DNA from: Candidatus Hadarchaeota archaeon
Lineage (GTDB): Archaea > CAYQAE01 > CAYVLA01
DNA: 64,000 nucleotides
Assembly (NCBI GenBank): GCA_964621445.1
Contig: CAZUNO010000004.1
Span: forward strand, 64,001-128,000
Reading direction: 5' to 3'
Position numbers and translations under genes: made by a program. Within the stretch, counting starts at the first letter, position 1. Every line of letters begins with the position of its first letter. This document shows positions 19,554 through 28,695 of this stretch, one piece after another. Below the pieces are notes generated by a model. That model was not told the DNA's origin, did no database searches, and saw nothing but the letters and a program-made list of their open reading frames with translations.

Positions 19554-21962
19554 TCAAGGACGTGTTGCAGATATTATCCTGCTCGCCAGCCCTCCCTTAC
19601 GGACCGGTTCACCGAAGTCAGCTCCCTTTATCGCAGCGGGCAGGGACCAAAGCATCATGTCCTGGTAGTAGTCATTCCCGAATTTCCTTTCCCCCGTATC
19701 CTCGTCCCCACGCATAATGTTTGGCATGTCCCAGGTGTAGCCATGTTTGCAAACTATGTTATGCCAGACCCCTCTTGCAAGCTCCATACCTACTTTTTCC
19801 TGACCGTGATAGATATAGGTCATCGCCAGCATCAATGCCTCAGGCGGGAAGTAGCTGTAGGTTCCGTATCCTCCCACATCAACTGGGTGCCCGGTATCCG
19901 AGGCATAGTTCACCGCCCCGTCCCTGGAAAGGGCCAGATTTGCCTCCCGGATCGTATCAAGGGTCTTTCTAATTCTCTTGACGGGAACGATATCTCCCAA
20001 ACCGTGGTGACGTATTATGCATTCTCCATCCAGCTGATAACCAAAGATGAGATCCGATTTCTCCCCGGTTTCAGGTTCCAGGTAATTCAGGTAATAGGAA
20101 CCGGTCCACAGCCTGTCCTCCATTGCCTCCGACGCCTCCTTAATCCATCGTCTACATCTTTTAGAAAAATCCCTGTCCCCGACCTCCAGGGCCATGCTCT
20201 CAACTATGGCCAATTCGGCCAGTCGCAGCATCGCCAGGTGGGCGGTCATTCCTCTCCACCCCGGTTTCGGCGCTTCGAACCATTCCGTGGGGGGAGTTTG
20301 GAGTTCTTCCGAATCGAGGTCCGGCATGGATATGGCCCTCTCGCCCATAGAATAGCTCTCCGCGGTCCTTAGATTCAAACTGTGTAGTAGACTGGCCTTG
20401 ATAGCCGGGTAGAATTCCCGGTTAAACTCGGGATCGTCGTGGCATAGACGATACCTGTCAATCATGGTGGCCAGAGATATGCCGTTGGTCGCGAACTGAT
20501 AGCCGCGCGATGGGTTTGCGAAATCGATCGGCGGTGTACCAGCGGTACAACCCCCAAATATCCAGGGAGGGGCTCCATCGGGGTACTGGTAGCCCCTGTA
20601 ACCCCTTAGGGTGGATAGGGCTAGACGGGGAAAGAAATAGACGATGGGCTGGTTTCCATAGAATGAGCAGGGTATGCACTCTATCTGGGGACACCCACGG
20701 GGGCATTCATTCATCCCGAAAAGGCCGTCCTCGCTCTTTACCCAATTCGGCAAGGGAGCAGCTGCTTGGGCCCACATTCCATCCTCGGTGATGAGGTGAA
20801 GTACGTTGATTAGCCCATCTCTGAGCCATGGAGGTAAATCACTCTCTGTGTATATCACCTTCTGCCAGGAGATTATTCTATTCAGCAATGAGGAATACGA
20901 TTCCTGTATTCGACGGGCAACTTCAGCCGAGCTGGAAGAGTATCGAGCATACATGTGTTTAAACTCGTGTCCAGCCCTGGCCCAGTTGTAGCCACCGGCG
21001 TTCCATTTTGGGGCGTACCAGGTGAGGATGAATTTGAGTATCTTCTCCTGCCCCGGTTTGATGAGGCAGTCTTGTACGATGGTAGAACCGGGATTTCCTG
21101 GCTTGGCGGTCGGCAATCTAGCGGGAAACCTGGACCATCTTTCGGGATCGCAACCAAGTTCAGCCCCGGTACGTGTGGATGCACCGGAGGCGGCGCGCAA
21201 GGTATATGATGCCAACTGGCCCTCGATATCAAGCCCCCGGCCGTCCTCGTGCTCCCTTCTGGATATATTCCCACCGGCCTCTTCCTCAGTAGGCCCGGGG
21301 AAGGACAGGGCCAGGGATGTTTGCTTCTCCGCCTCTGATTGGTTTTTGAGATGGAACTCGAAGGCTATTCCCGGTATGATGGAGTCCTGGAGGTGCCCAG
21401 GTAGGAATGGAGACCAGGCCCTCAAGCCTACGGAAAAAGGCGATTCGATTTCGAACTGGAGGTCGACTATGGGATAGTGTCCCCAGTAATGTATCTCATT
21501 TGGCGTTGAAAGGTCCTCCAGGTCCAGCTGCATGTTGATGGGGGTTATGGGCCGCGTTTCCTTACGAAGGGAGTCGCCTCTCCATAGGTTGTAAGGTCTC
21601 CCTGATACGGATTGCTGGGAACCTCCCTCCCCGTCCTTTGGTTCTGGATGGCAAAGGACATGAGGTGTGTGGTCCACGGATAGCCCGAAGAGAGGAAGAT
21701 TAATCGGGCCCCTGCGTGGAACATGGGTATTAAAGATAGTGCAGTATCCCAGGAGGCCGGTGTTCTCAAGATCAATGCACCCGGTGTCTATTCCTCCCAG
21801 GGGCATGCCATTGGTAAGCCTGGAATCCTTTCTGTATATGACTCCAAATACGGTACAATCGTATCCCAGAGCCTGGAACTCCTGCCAACTGTCGGAGGGG
21901 ATATCTAAGGGAAAAATCGATGCATTCATGAAATTACTCCCGAGACAGGTATCCCCACCCAT
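19554..21962 (-). CDS. GH116-family glycoside hydrolase (GBA2-like)
   Basis: GMPLGGIDTGCI, WGHYPI, AWSPFLP, LWTGSYY, YQLDGE and YYQDMMLWS. Alternative start at 21929. Confidence 0.85.
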   Translation of the reverse strand: MGGDTCLGSNFMNASIFPLDIPSDSWQEFQALGYDCTVFGVIYRKDSRLTNGMPLGGIDTGCIDLENTGLLGYCTIFNTHVPRRGPINLPLFGLSVDHTPHVLCHPEPKDGEGGSQQSVSGRPYNLWRGDSLRKETRPITPINMQLDLEDLSTPNEIHYWGHYPIVDLQFEIESPFSVGLRAWSPFLPGHLQDSIIPGIAFEFHLKNQSEAEKQTSLALSFPGPTEEEAGGNISRREHEDGRGLDIEGQLASYTLRAASGASTRTGAELGCDPERWSRFPARLPTAKPGNPGSTIVQDCLIKPGQEKILKFILTWYAPKWNAGGYNWARAGHEFKHMYARYSSSSAEVARRIQESYSSLLNRIISWQKVIYTESDLPPWLRDGLINVLHLITEDGMWAQAAAPLPNWVKSEDGLFGMNECPRGCPQIECIPCSFYGNQPIVYFFPRLALSTLRGYRGYQYPDGAPPWIFGGCTAGTPPIDFANPSRGYQFATNGISLATMIDRYRLCHDDPEFNREFYPAIKASLLHSLNLRTAESYSMGERAISMPDLDSEELQTPPTEWFEAPKPGWRGMTAHLAMLRLAELAIVESMALEVGDRDFSKRCRRWIKEASEAMEDRLWTGSYYLNYLEPETGEKSDLIFGYQLDGECIIRHHGLGDIVPVKRIRKTLDTIREANLALSRDGAVNYASDTGHPVDVGGYGTYSYFPPEALMLAMTYIYHGQEKVGMELARGVWHNIVCKHGYTWDMPNIMRGDEDTGERKFGNDYYQDMMLWSLPAAIKGADFGEPVRKGGLASRIISATRP

Positions 21963-22014
21963 TTTGCTTAAGAATGCATGGGTCCATTTCAGATGGACCG
22001 GGCAATGTTCAGGC

Positions 22015-23292
22015 CTACAGAGATGATAATCGAGTTACCTCGGTCTCTTTATAGAGCCTCCGGCGAACCATCAGGGTCCAAATTACAAATCCAGCGATCA
22101 GAGAAGTGCCGCTTATGGATAGCCACTCAACCGTGTAGACCCATACCAGCGCACTGTCCTTTAGCTTCAGGGCCTCCTTTCGTAGAAGGTCCATTTCACT
22201 AAGCGCCTGTTCCATGGTGGTGGATGCCTGTGTGTATTCCTGAGAAAGATAGAGCTGCCTACCCTCATCCGCTTTTTCCTGTATCTCGGCCATCTCCTCA
22301 AGTACGCTCTCGGTATTTGCCCCGAACCTGTCCACGAAATCCAGTAGCGAGAATATGAAGCTTCTGGTGGAGCTAATGTCGGTGAACTTGGTCCTGAGAC
22401 GGTGGACCAAGCTGACGTCTGAGGGCAGATCCCGGCCGGTGCTGAATATTATCTCCGCCAGCAGCATGTCCGTCCCGTAGGGATTGTATCTGGTATTCCA
22501 GTACTGACCGATCATGTCCTGGTGGGTCCAGGTGGTTCCATTACCGTACCTCCAGAACATGGAGTGCGGGATCCACCCTGGACTCACGAAATTTGGGTCG
22601 GGATAGGTGCCCGGATAGCCATAAGGATAGGGACCCACCGAATAGGAGGTGACAACGGCCCCCTCCTTGGGTATGGCCAGATTAGTACCATACCTCTCAG
22701 AGAAGCGGTATTCAACCCCGGAAAGTCCTTTATACGGCTTAAGGACCGGTGGAACTTTCGGATGGGTGTTTATTACAACCTTCATGGGATCGTCATGTAG
22801 GGTATAGTCAAGGCTGACGACCTGGTCTGCATCATTGGGAAACGCATCCGATAGAATGGAGTCTGCCCACGGAATTCCGATATAATCATGCATGCTCATG
22901 ACGCTTCTGGTGTTAAGTCCACCCAGGCCGTGGTCCTTTATTGAGTCGTGCATCATGCGTTGCTGTTTGGGGCTGAAGACCCACACCTCTATGGTTAGCA
23001 GCATCATATAGTCGAAATCCAGAAGCGCTTCGTAGGTTCTGGGGAAGTATATCCTCACGAATCTCCTGACATCGGCCCCCGACCAGGAGCTATCCTGGGC
23101 GCGAGCAGGTATGGCATAGGGATCGGTGAGGGGATCAATCTCTAGAAACGCAGTTGCCCTGGATAGCTTTCCCTCCGTTCCCGCAACCAGCACCTTAATT
23201 GGCTCGGTGTCTGCGGAATGAACGGGAATTGAGGCAAGTAGAACCATGATCAGTGATGAGAGTAATAGGCGATTCACGGAGTTCAAAACCAT
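22015..23292 (-). CDS. Secreted, C-terminally anchored protein; paralogue of 7518..8762
   Basis: Signal peptide. Shares RFxRIYxPRT, SLLxFVxxFGAN, LKDxALxWxYxxEW and IAGFVxWxLMVxRRLY with 7518..8762. Confidence 0.78.
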   Translation of the reverse strand: MVLNSVNRLLLSSLIMVLLASIPVHSADTEPIKVLVAGTEGKLSRATAFLEIDPLTDPYAIPARAQDSSWSGADVRRFVRIYFPRTYEALLDFDYMMLLTIEVWVFSPKQQRMMHDSIKDHGLGGLNTRSVMSMHDYIGIPWADSILSDAFPNDADQVVSLDYTLHDDPMKVVINTHPKVPPVLKPYKGLSGVEYRFSERYGTNLAIPKEGAVVTSYSVGPYPYGYPGTYPDPNFVSPGWIPHSMFWRYGNGTTWTHQDMIGQYWNTRYNPYGTDMLLAEIIFSTGRDLPSDVSLVHRLRTKFTDISSTRSFIFSLLDFVDRFGANTESVLEEMAEIQEKADEGRQLYLSQEYTQASTTMEQALSEMDLLRKEALKLKDSALVWVYTVEWLSISGTSLIAGFVIWTLMVRRRLYKETEVTRLSSL

Positions 23293-23339
23293 CTTTTCAA
23301 TTTATTCTATTAAATCTAGTTGGCCAGGCCATTGCCATT

Positions 23340-24185
23340 TCAACTTCTTCTTCCAATGGAGGATAGGACCCAGAGAACGATGACCGTTAGGATGAAGGGA
23401 CTAAAGCCGGCGATATTCCATCCTCCAGCATTTGGCATATCGGTTGGGTTCCCGGGGGGTTCATCCGGCAGATCCAGGTTTTGGTTGGGATTATCGACCA
23501 CCTCGTAAGCCATCAACTTTTCGGAAAGATACCGGTCCGGGGTCCACCCCAAGGGATTAGTGGATCCCGTTGCCTCGGCCCAAATCCATCCCTTTTCCCC
23601 GTCAAGCTCCCAGACCATGTTAGCAGAATGGTAATCCGGAAGGTAAACCATGGCGGCGGCGTGTTGTGGTGCCAGAACTATTGCCGATCGCAGTCCGGCT
23701 CCTTTCCACATAACCGCCAGAAGAATTGCATAATCCTCACAGTCTCCTCTTGCCTGTCTTCCTTGTTCGTAATTTCTTATCAACTCATCCGCATTCTGTG
23801 CGAAATCCCGGTAGCCAAACTGGTCCTGGTCAGCGGTGTATGTCATACCATTCCGGACGTACCTGAAGATGGCCTCTGCCAATTGGTTTTGGTTATCAAT
23901 ATTCTCCACAAACTGCGATCCAAGGCGGTAGGCCTCCTCCCTTTGTTGACCTAGGCTTTCATAAACTATGCCAGGCCAGAACCCTTCCTGAGCCGCCCGG
24001 AAAAATCCATCATCTCCGTAGGCCCTGGTCCTGCATATGGCCCACATGTCGAATATCTCCTCGCTTCTCGTATACAGCTCCTCCGAGGGAAGGCCAAAGG
24101 AAGGCTGTAAGAGAAGGAGAACAGTGCCTAGCAAAATAGCAAATATCCTAATGGTTGGATTACAGCGGGGTGGATAGAGCTGCAT
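23340..24185 (-). CDS. Transglutaminase-like cell-surface protein
   Basis: Signal peptide, GDCEDYAILLA (Cys), QHAAAMV (His), WAEATG, Pro-rich linker and C-terminal TM plus RR. Confidence 0.82.
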   Translation of the reverse strand: MQLYPPRCNPTIRIFAILLGTVLLLLQPSFGLPSEELYTRSEEIFDMWAICRTRAYGDDGFFRAAQEGFWPGIVYESLGQQREEAYRLGSQFVENIDNQNQLAEAIFRYVRNGMTYTADQDQFGYRDFAQNADELIRNYEQGRQARGDCEDYAILLAVMWKGAGLRSAIVLAPQHAAAMVYLPDYHSANMVWELDGEKGWIWAEATGSTNPLGWTPDRYLSEKLMAYEVVDNPNQNLDLPDEPPGNPTDMPNAGGWNIAGFSPFILTVIVLWVLSSIGRRS

Positions 24186-24594
24186 TGATAATCAGCCCCA
24201 GGAATACTAGGTAGCCTGAAACGTAGGAACTTATGCCCTTGGGGCTATTCCGGATGTGAAAGAAGGGAATATTGGGGGTTAGCCAGTCCATCACCCTGAA
24301 AAAAACTGCGGAGAGTCCCACGCTAACCAGGAAACCAAGGGCGAGAAGGCTCAATCTATTTGGGTCCAGGACGTTGTCCAGTAGGGGATCCGATACCGCT
24401 AAGGGGGCGGTCAGTGCTCCGTGGAGAACCAACCCGAGGAAAACGAAGAAGCCCCCGATAAACATTCCAGAGGCATAGGGGTCCTCCCCGATCTTTTCCC
24501 TTTTGTGAACGGAGGGAGTGATGAAATCGAGTACCCTGATACCCAGCACCGCCAGGCCAGAACAAATGGATGAAAGCAGGATGGTTCTGCCCAC
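24160..24594 (-). CDS. Small 4-TM protein with internal duplication (DUF350-like)
   Basis: Two repeats: RVLDFITP...GFFVFLGLVLHGAL and RVMDWLTP...GYLVFLGLIINAAL. Confidence 0.65.
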   Translation of the reverse strand: MGRTILLSSICSGLAVLGIRVLDFITPSVHKREKIGEDPYASGMFIGGFFVFLGLVLHGALTAPLAVSDPLLDNVLDPNRLSLLALGFLVSVGLSAVFFRVMDWLTPNIPFFHIRNSPKGISSYVSGYLVFLGLIINAALSTPL

Positions 24595-24750
24595 CCAGAG
24601 AATTACAACCGATGTAAATGACGCCGACGGACCTATTTGCGTTTAAACCAACTCCGGATTCCTTGAGTCTCCTCAGTGATTGTTTAATCTTCTGGTTTGG
24701 AGGGACAAATACTAATCAGTCCGCGAATTATACAGGCTTCAGGCGAGTCT

Positions 24751-25953
24751 ATGCTAAGGGATGGAATCTTCCTAACCGGGCGCCCCATGGACCGGATAAG
24801 TCCGGGACGGCTGGGTTTGAGGGTCTTCGACAGGGATCTTGCACAGCCCGGTTACACGCTTTTCTCCCCTGCCTTTGGCAGCAGGGAGTATCTAATCGAT
24901 ATCTCCGGGCTTGTAATTCACACCTGGAGGGTGGAGCATTCACAGCTAGGAGAGCTATTACCTAATGGTAATCTTCTTGTTGACAACTACGGCGCTGGGG
25001 TGAAGGAGCTGACGCCCCAGGGCAAAGCCGTATGGAACTGGAGCGGGAATTACCACCACGATTTTGAAAGACTGGAAAATGGTAACACCCTGCTACTGAC
25101 CGCCGAGGACACCCCAGTGGTACCCGGCTATTACCGCAAGGGTTACCAACCCGATCATATGCGAAGCGACGTGGTTCTGGAGGTTGATAGATCGGGGAGG
25201 ACGGTTTGGAGGTTCTCCTTCCTTGATCATCTGGAGGAGATATCGGAGTTGGCCGGTTGGCCCCAGCCGGTTAGATACGCGAAAAGAGATCCTGATGGGA
25301 AGGAGGTTGAAAGCAGACCAGCCGACTGGGCCCACACTAACACCATAGAATCACTGCCCGATACCCCACTGGGAAGAGAGGATGAAAGGTTTCGGGAGGG
25401 TAACCTTCTATTCAGCTTCCGGGCCCTGGACACCATCGGTGTCATTGACAGGGACCGGGAGAGGATTGCTTGGGCGTGGGGACCGGGAATCCTCGATGGC
25501 CAACATCAGCCTACCATGGTGGACAACGGTAACATTCTGTTATTTGACAATGGAACCTACAGGAACTACTCCCAGATTCTGGAGATCGAGCCCTCAAGCG
25601 GCAGGATAATATGGAAATACGAAAATGGCAGTGAGTTCTACTCCCCGTTTAGATCAGGCGTTCAGAGGCTGGATAACGGCAACACCCTAATCTGTGAATC
25701 CGACTCCGGGCGAATATTTGAGATAACCAAGGATAAGAAGGTCGTATGGGACTATTGGTCTCCATTCCTTGGCCAAGGGCCAGATAACCAGGGGAGGCAT
25801 ATATACCGGGCCACAAGATACTCGAATGACCAGGTCTTACCTCTGTTTGAATCAAGAACTGACAGGATAACTGCGGTGTCCGATGAGAACAGACAACCAT
25901 TAACCGGATTCAGGGAAGCTTTGAGATTCTACCAGGATTCCTTAGAGTACTAG
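24751..25953 (+). CDS. Arylsulfotransferase (ASST)-family beta-propeller protein
   Basis: HHDFERLENGN, DWAHTNTI, GQHQP, LFDNG, SGVQRLDNGNTLICE and IYRA. Confidence 0.85.
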   Translation: MLRDGIFLTGRPMDRISPGRLGLRVFDRDLAQPGYTLFSPAFGSREYLIDISGLVIHTWRVEHSQLGELLPNGNLLVDNYGAGVKELTPQGKAVWNWSGNYHHDFERLENGNTLLLTAEDTPVVPGYYRKGYQPDHMRSDVVLEVDRSGRTVWRFSFLDHLEEISELAGWPQPVRYAKRDPDGKEVESRPADWAHTNTIESLPDTPLGREDERFREGNLLFSFRALDTIGVIDRDRERIAWAWGPGILDGQHQPTMVDNGNILLFDNGTYRNYSQILEIEPSSGRIIWKYENGSEFYSPFRSGVQRLDNGNTLICESDSGRIFEITKDKKVVWDYWSPFLGQGPDNQGRHIYRATRYSNDQVLPLFESRTDRITAVSDENRQPLTGFREALRFYQDSLEY

Positions 25954-26930
25954 TTTTCAAATTCCAAGATAACCCGAAGAACCTCCTGGGCCTTGGAATC
26001 AGCTAGGGAAAACCCCAGGGGCGCTTCCCGGAAGGGAAGCCGATGGGTTATCATCCTCTCAACATCGACTATGCCTTGATCTATGATCTCTTGTGCCAGG
26101 ATAAAGTCGCTCTTGGTGGGGCCCTCGGTAGTGGTGAGTCGAAGCTGTTTGGAGAAGAATTCCAGTGGCTTCATTGATGCTTTTTCACCTGGTAGGCCAT
26201 AAAGCATAACCGTTCCCCCATCCCCTGCCAGCCGGGGTGCAAGTGCAATGGTGTCCGGTTTTCCAACCGCCTCGATGACCAGTTCATAACCAAGACCATC
26301 GTTTGCCTCCAAGGCCTCTCTCACTAGATTCTTGCCGGGGCTTAAGCACCTGTCGCATATCCTTTCGGACTCTCGACGCCTGTATTCTAGGGGCTCCGAG
26401 GCGAAAAGGGGTGAAGCCCCCATTTGCCTGAGCAGGGAGGCCAAGGTGAGTCCGGCAGGGCCTTGTCCGATAATGAAGGTGCTCTTGCCCATGACGTTTT
26501 CCAGCCTTCTGCAACAGTGAATTGGCGGGGTTACCAGCTGGGCCATAACTGCCATATCAGTATTCATGTCCTGGTTTATGAGGGGGATTATTGAATGGGG
26601 AGGAACGCTCATCGTCTCTCTCAGACCATCCGCGTGAGGAGGCCGAACAAGCACCAGATCCCCCTTGGTGATATCTGAAGAGGGGCCGGGATCACGGACC
26701 CTACCCAGGCATTCATGTGCGGGTTTCCCGGGCCTCAGGGGGAATTCATCACACGGTTGCCTGCCTCTGTATTTGTGTAGATCGCTGCCGCATATGGTGA
26801 CTCTCTCCATATCCAGGAGTATTTCCCGGGGATTTGGCTCAGGTCCCTCGATCTCCTCTATCTCCATTTTGCGGGGCCCAGTGAGCTTTGCTGCCTTCAA
26901 GTGAATCAATAGATCAGGCGTGAGGACCAA
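25950..26930 (-). CDS. Zinc-binding (MDR family) dehydrogenase
   Basis: ICGSD...HE catalytic-Zn motif, GQGPAG Rossmann motif and ITHRLP. Lacks the 4-Cys structural Zn lobe. Confidence 0.88.
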   Translation of the reverse strand: MVLTPDLLIHLKAAKLTGPRKMEIEEIEGPEPNPREILLDMERVTICGSDLHKYRGRQPCDEFPLRPGKPAHECLGRVRDPGPSSDITKGDLVLVRPPHADGLRETMSVPPHSIIPLINQDMNTDMAVMAQLVTPPIHCCRRLENVMGKSTFIIGQGPAGLTLASLLRQMGASPLFASEPLEYRRRESERICDRCLSPGKNLVREALEANDGLGYELVIEAVGKPDTIALAPRLAGDGGTVMLYGLPGEKASMKPLEFFSKQLRLTTTEGPTKSDFILAQEIIDQGIVDVERMITHRLPFREAPLGFSLADSKAQEVLRVILEFEN

Positions 26931-27097
26931 GAAAAATGTGCTTATTTAAGGGTGGATACATAGAGTATGTATCGGTACGAAATGTTAGAAGAATCATTTG
27001 ATATACATTGCTTCACATTACTCTCCTAACCCCGTTGGCCTACTGTGTGTGCCATTAGCATGTCAAGTCTTGGCCGGCGGGTATGAGGAGCATTCCC

Positions 27098-28687
27098 ATG
27101 AATCTTAGACAGCCGAACGCGGATGAATCCACAAGCACCCGGAACCGCTCGAGGAGCGTTGTGCCCATGTCGGGCATTTGCAGTCGATGCGTCGACGGAT
27201 GCACCGGTGTGTGCGAGATATGGCTATCCTCCTTCCGAGGGCGGGAGGTCCTGTATCCAGGCCCATTCGGGGAGATTACCGCCGGGGCGGATAAGAATTA
27301 TCCCCTGGACTACTCCCACCTGAACATTCAGGGTTATTCCGTGGGAGCCGAGGGCCTTCCCTCGGACATCCAAGTGGGCCCCGATACGGCAATATTCCCC
27401 AATGTGGACACCGAGGTGGAGTACGGTTGGGACAAGAAGGTGAAAATGAAGATTCCCATCTTCACCGGAGCACTGGGCTCGACCGAGATTGCCAGGAAGA
27501 ACTGGGAGCATTTCGCAATCGGAGCCGCCATATCGGGGATCACCCTGGTGTGTGGTGAAAACGTCTGCGGGGTTGATCCTGACCTGGTTCTGGACGCGGA
27601 TAAGAAGGTCAAGAAGAGCCCCGAGATGGATAGAAGGATAGAGATTTACAGGGATTTTCACGAGGGATATGGGGAACTGCTAGTTCAGATGAACGTGGAG
27701 GACACCAGGTTTGGGGTCGGCGAATATGTTTCATCCAAGCACGACATGGAGACCATAGAGCTCAAATGGGGACAGGGCGCCAAGTGTATCGGTGGGGAAA
27801 TTAAGCTGGATAGCATCGAAAGAGCTCAGCAGCTGAAGAATAGGGGATACATAGTACTTCCGGATCCAACCAAACACGACGTAGGGGAGTCCTACAAGGA
27901 TGGTGCGCTAAAGGAGTTCGAAAGGCATTCAAGGGTGGGTCTTCTGACAAAGGAGGATTTCCTGGAGGAGGTGGACCGCCTCCGTGACCTGGGCTTCAAG
28001 AGGATCACCCTGAAGACCGGGGCCTACTCGCCTGTAGAGCTGGCGATGGCGCTGCGATTTGGATCGGAGGCCAAGCTCGACCTGATCACTATAGACGGTG
28101 CGCCGGGAGGAACCGGCATGAGTCCCTGGCCCATGATGAATGAGTGGGGAATACCCACCTTCTACCTGCAATCCATGGCTCACAGGTTCTGCGAGAGACT
28201 GCATGAAAAAGGGATGAAGGTACCCGATCTGGCCATGGCTGGAGGTTTCTCATCCGAGGATGGGGTTTTCAAGGCACTGGCCATGGGAAGCCCCTATTTC
28301 AAGGCAGTTTGCATGGGCAGGGGGCTAATGATCCCCGGAATGGTGGGAAAGAACATAGACAAATGGCTGAAAGAGGGAGATCTTCCTCGAAACGTTGCCA
28401 AGTACGGGGAGAGAATGGAGGAGATCTTCGTTACCTACGAGGAGCTGAAAGACCTCTACGGTAGCCGTTTCAAGGACATACCCGCGGGTGCAATGGGCAT
28501 ATTTACCTTCTGTTCAAGGTTCCAGACCGGACTACAACAGCTCATGGCCGGAACCAGGAATTTCAACTTCTCCACCATATCCCGTAAAGACCTCATGTCC
28601 CTAACCCGGGAAGCGGAGAAGGTCTCCGGTATCCCCTATGTAATGGATGCCTATGCCGAGGAAGCGATGAGCATACTGGAAGGTTAG
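27098..28687 (+). CDS. FMN-binding glutamate synthase family protein (stand-alone FMN domain)
   Basis: N-terminal CSRCVDGCTGVC, ELKWGQGAKCIGGE, DGAPGGTGMSP and AMAGG. GAGGAG precedes ATG 27098. Confidence 0.9.
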   Translation: MNLRQPNADESTSTRNRSRSVVPMSGICSRCVDGCTGVCEIWLSSFRGREVLYPGPFGEITAGADKNYPLDYSHLNIQGYSVGAEGLPSDIQVGPDTAIFPNVDTEVEYGWDKKVKMKIPIFTGALGSTEIARKNWEHFAIGAAISGITLVCGENVCGVDPDLVLDADKKVKKSPEMDRRIEIYRDFHEGYGELLVQMNVEDTRFGVGEYVSSKHDMETIELKWGQGAKCIGGEIKLDSIERAQQLKNRGYIVLPDPTKHDVGESYKDGALKEFERHSRVGLLTKEDFLEEVDRLRDLGFKRITLKTGAYSPVELAMALRFGSEAKLDLITIDGAPGGTGMSPWPMMNEWGIPTFYLQSMAHRFCERLHEKGMKVPDLAMAGGFSSEDGVFKALAMGSPYFKAVCMGRGLMIPGMVGKNIDKWLKEGDLPRNVAKYGERMEEIFVTYEELKDLYGSRFKDIPAGAMGIFTFCSRFQTGLQQLMAGTRNFNFSTISRKDLMSLTREAEKVSGIPYVMDAYAEEAMSILEG

Positions 28688-28695
28688 AATTTTAA

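Noticed and set aside
19329-20372. Long antisense ORFs (also 39102..39827, 38578..39201, 60008..60769, 62622..63287)
   Set aside because: They lie opposite well-supported genes and show no motifs.
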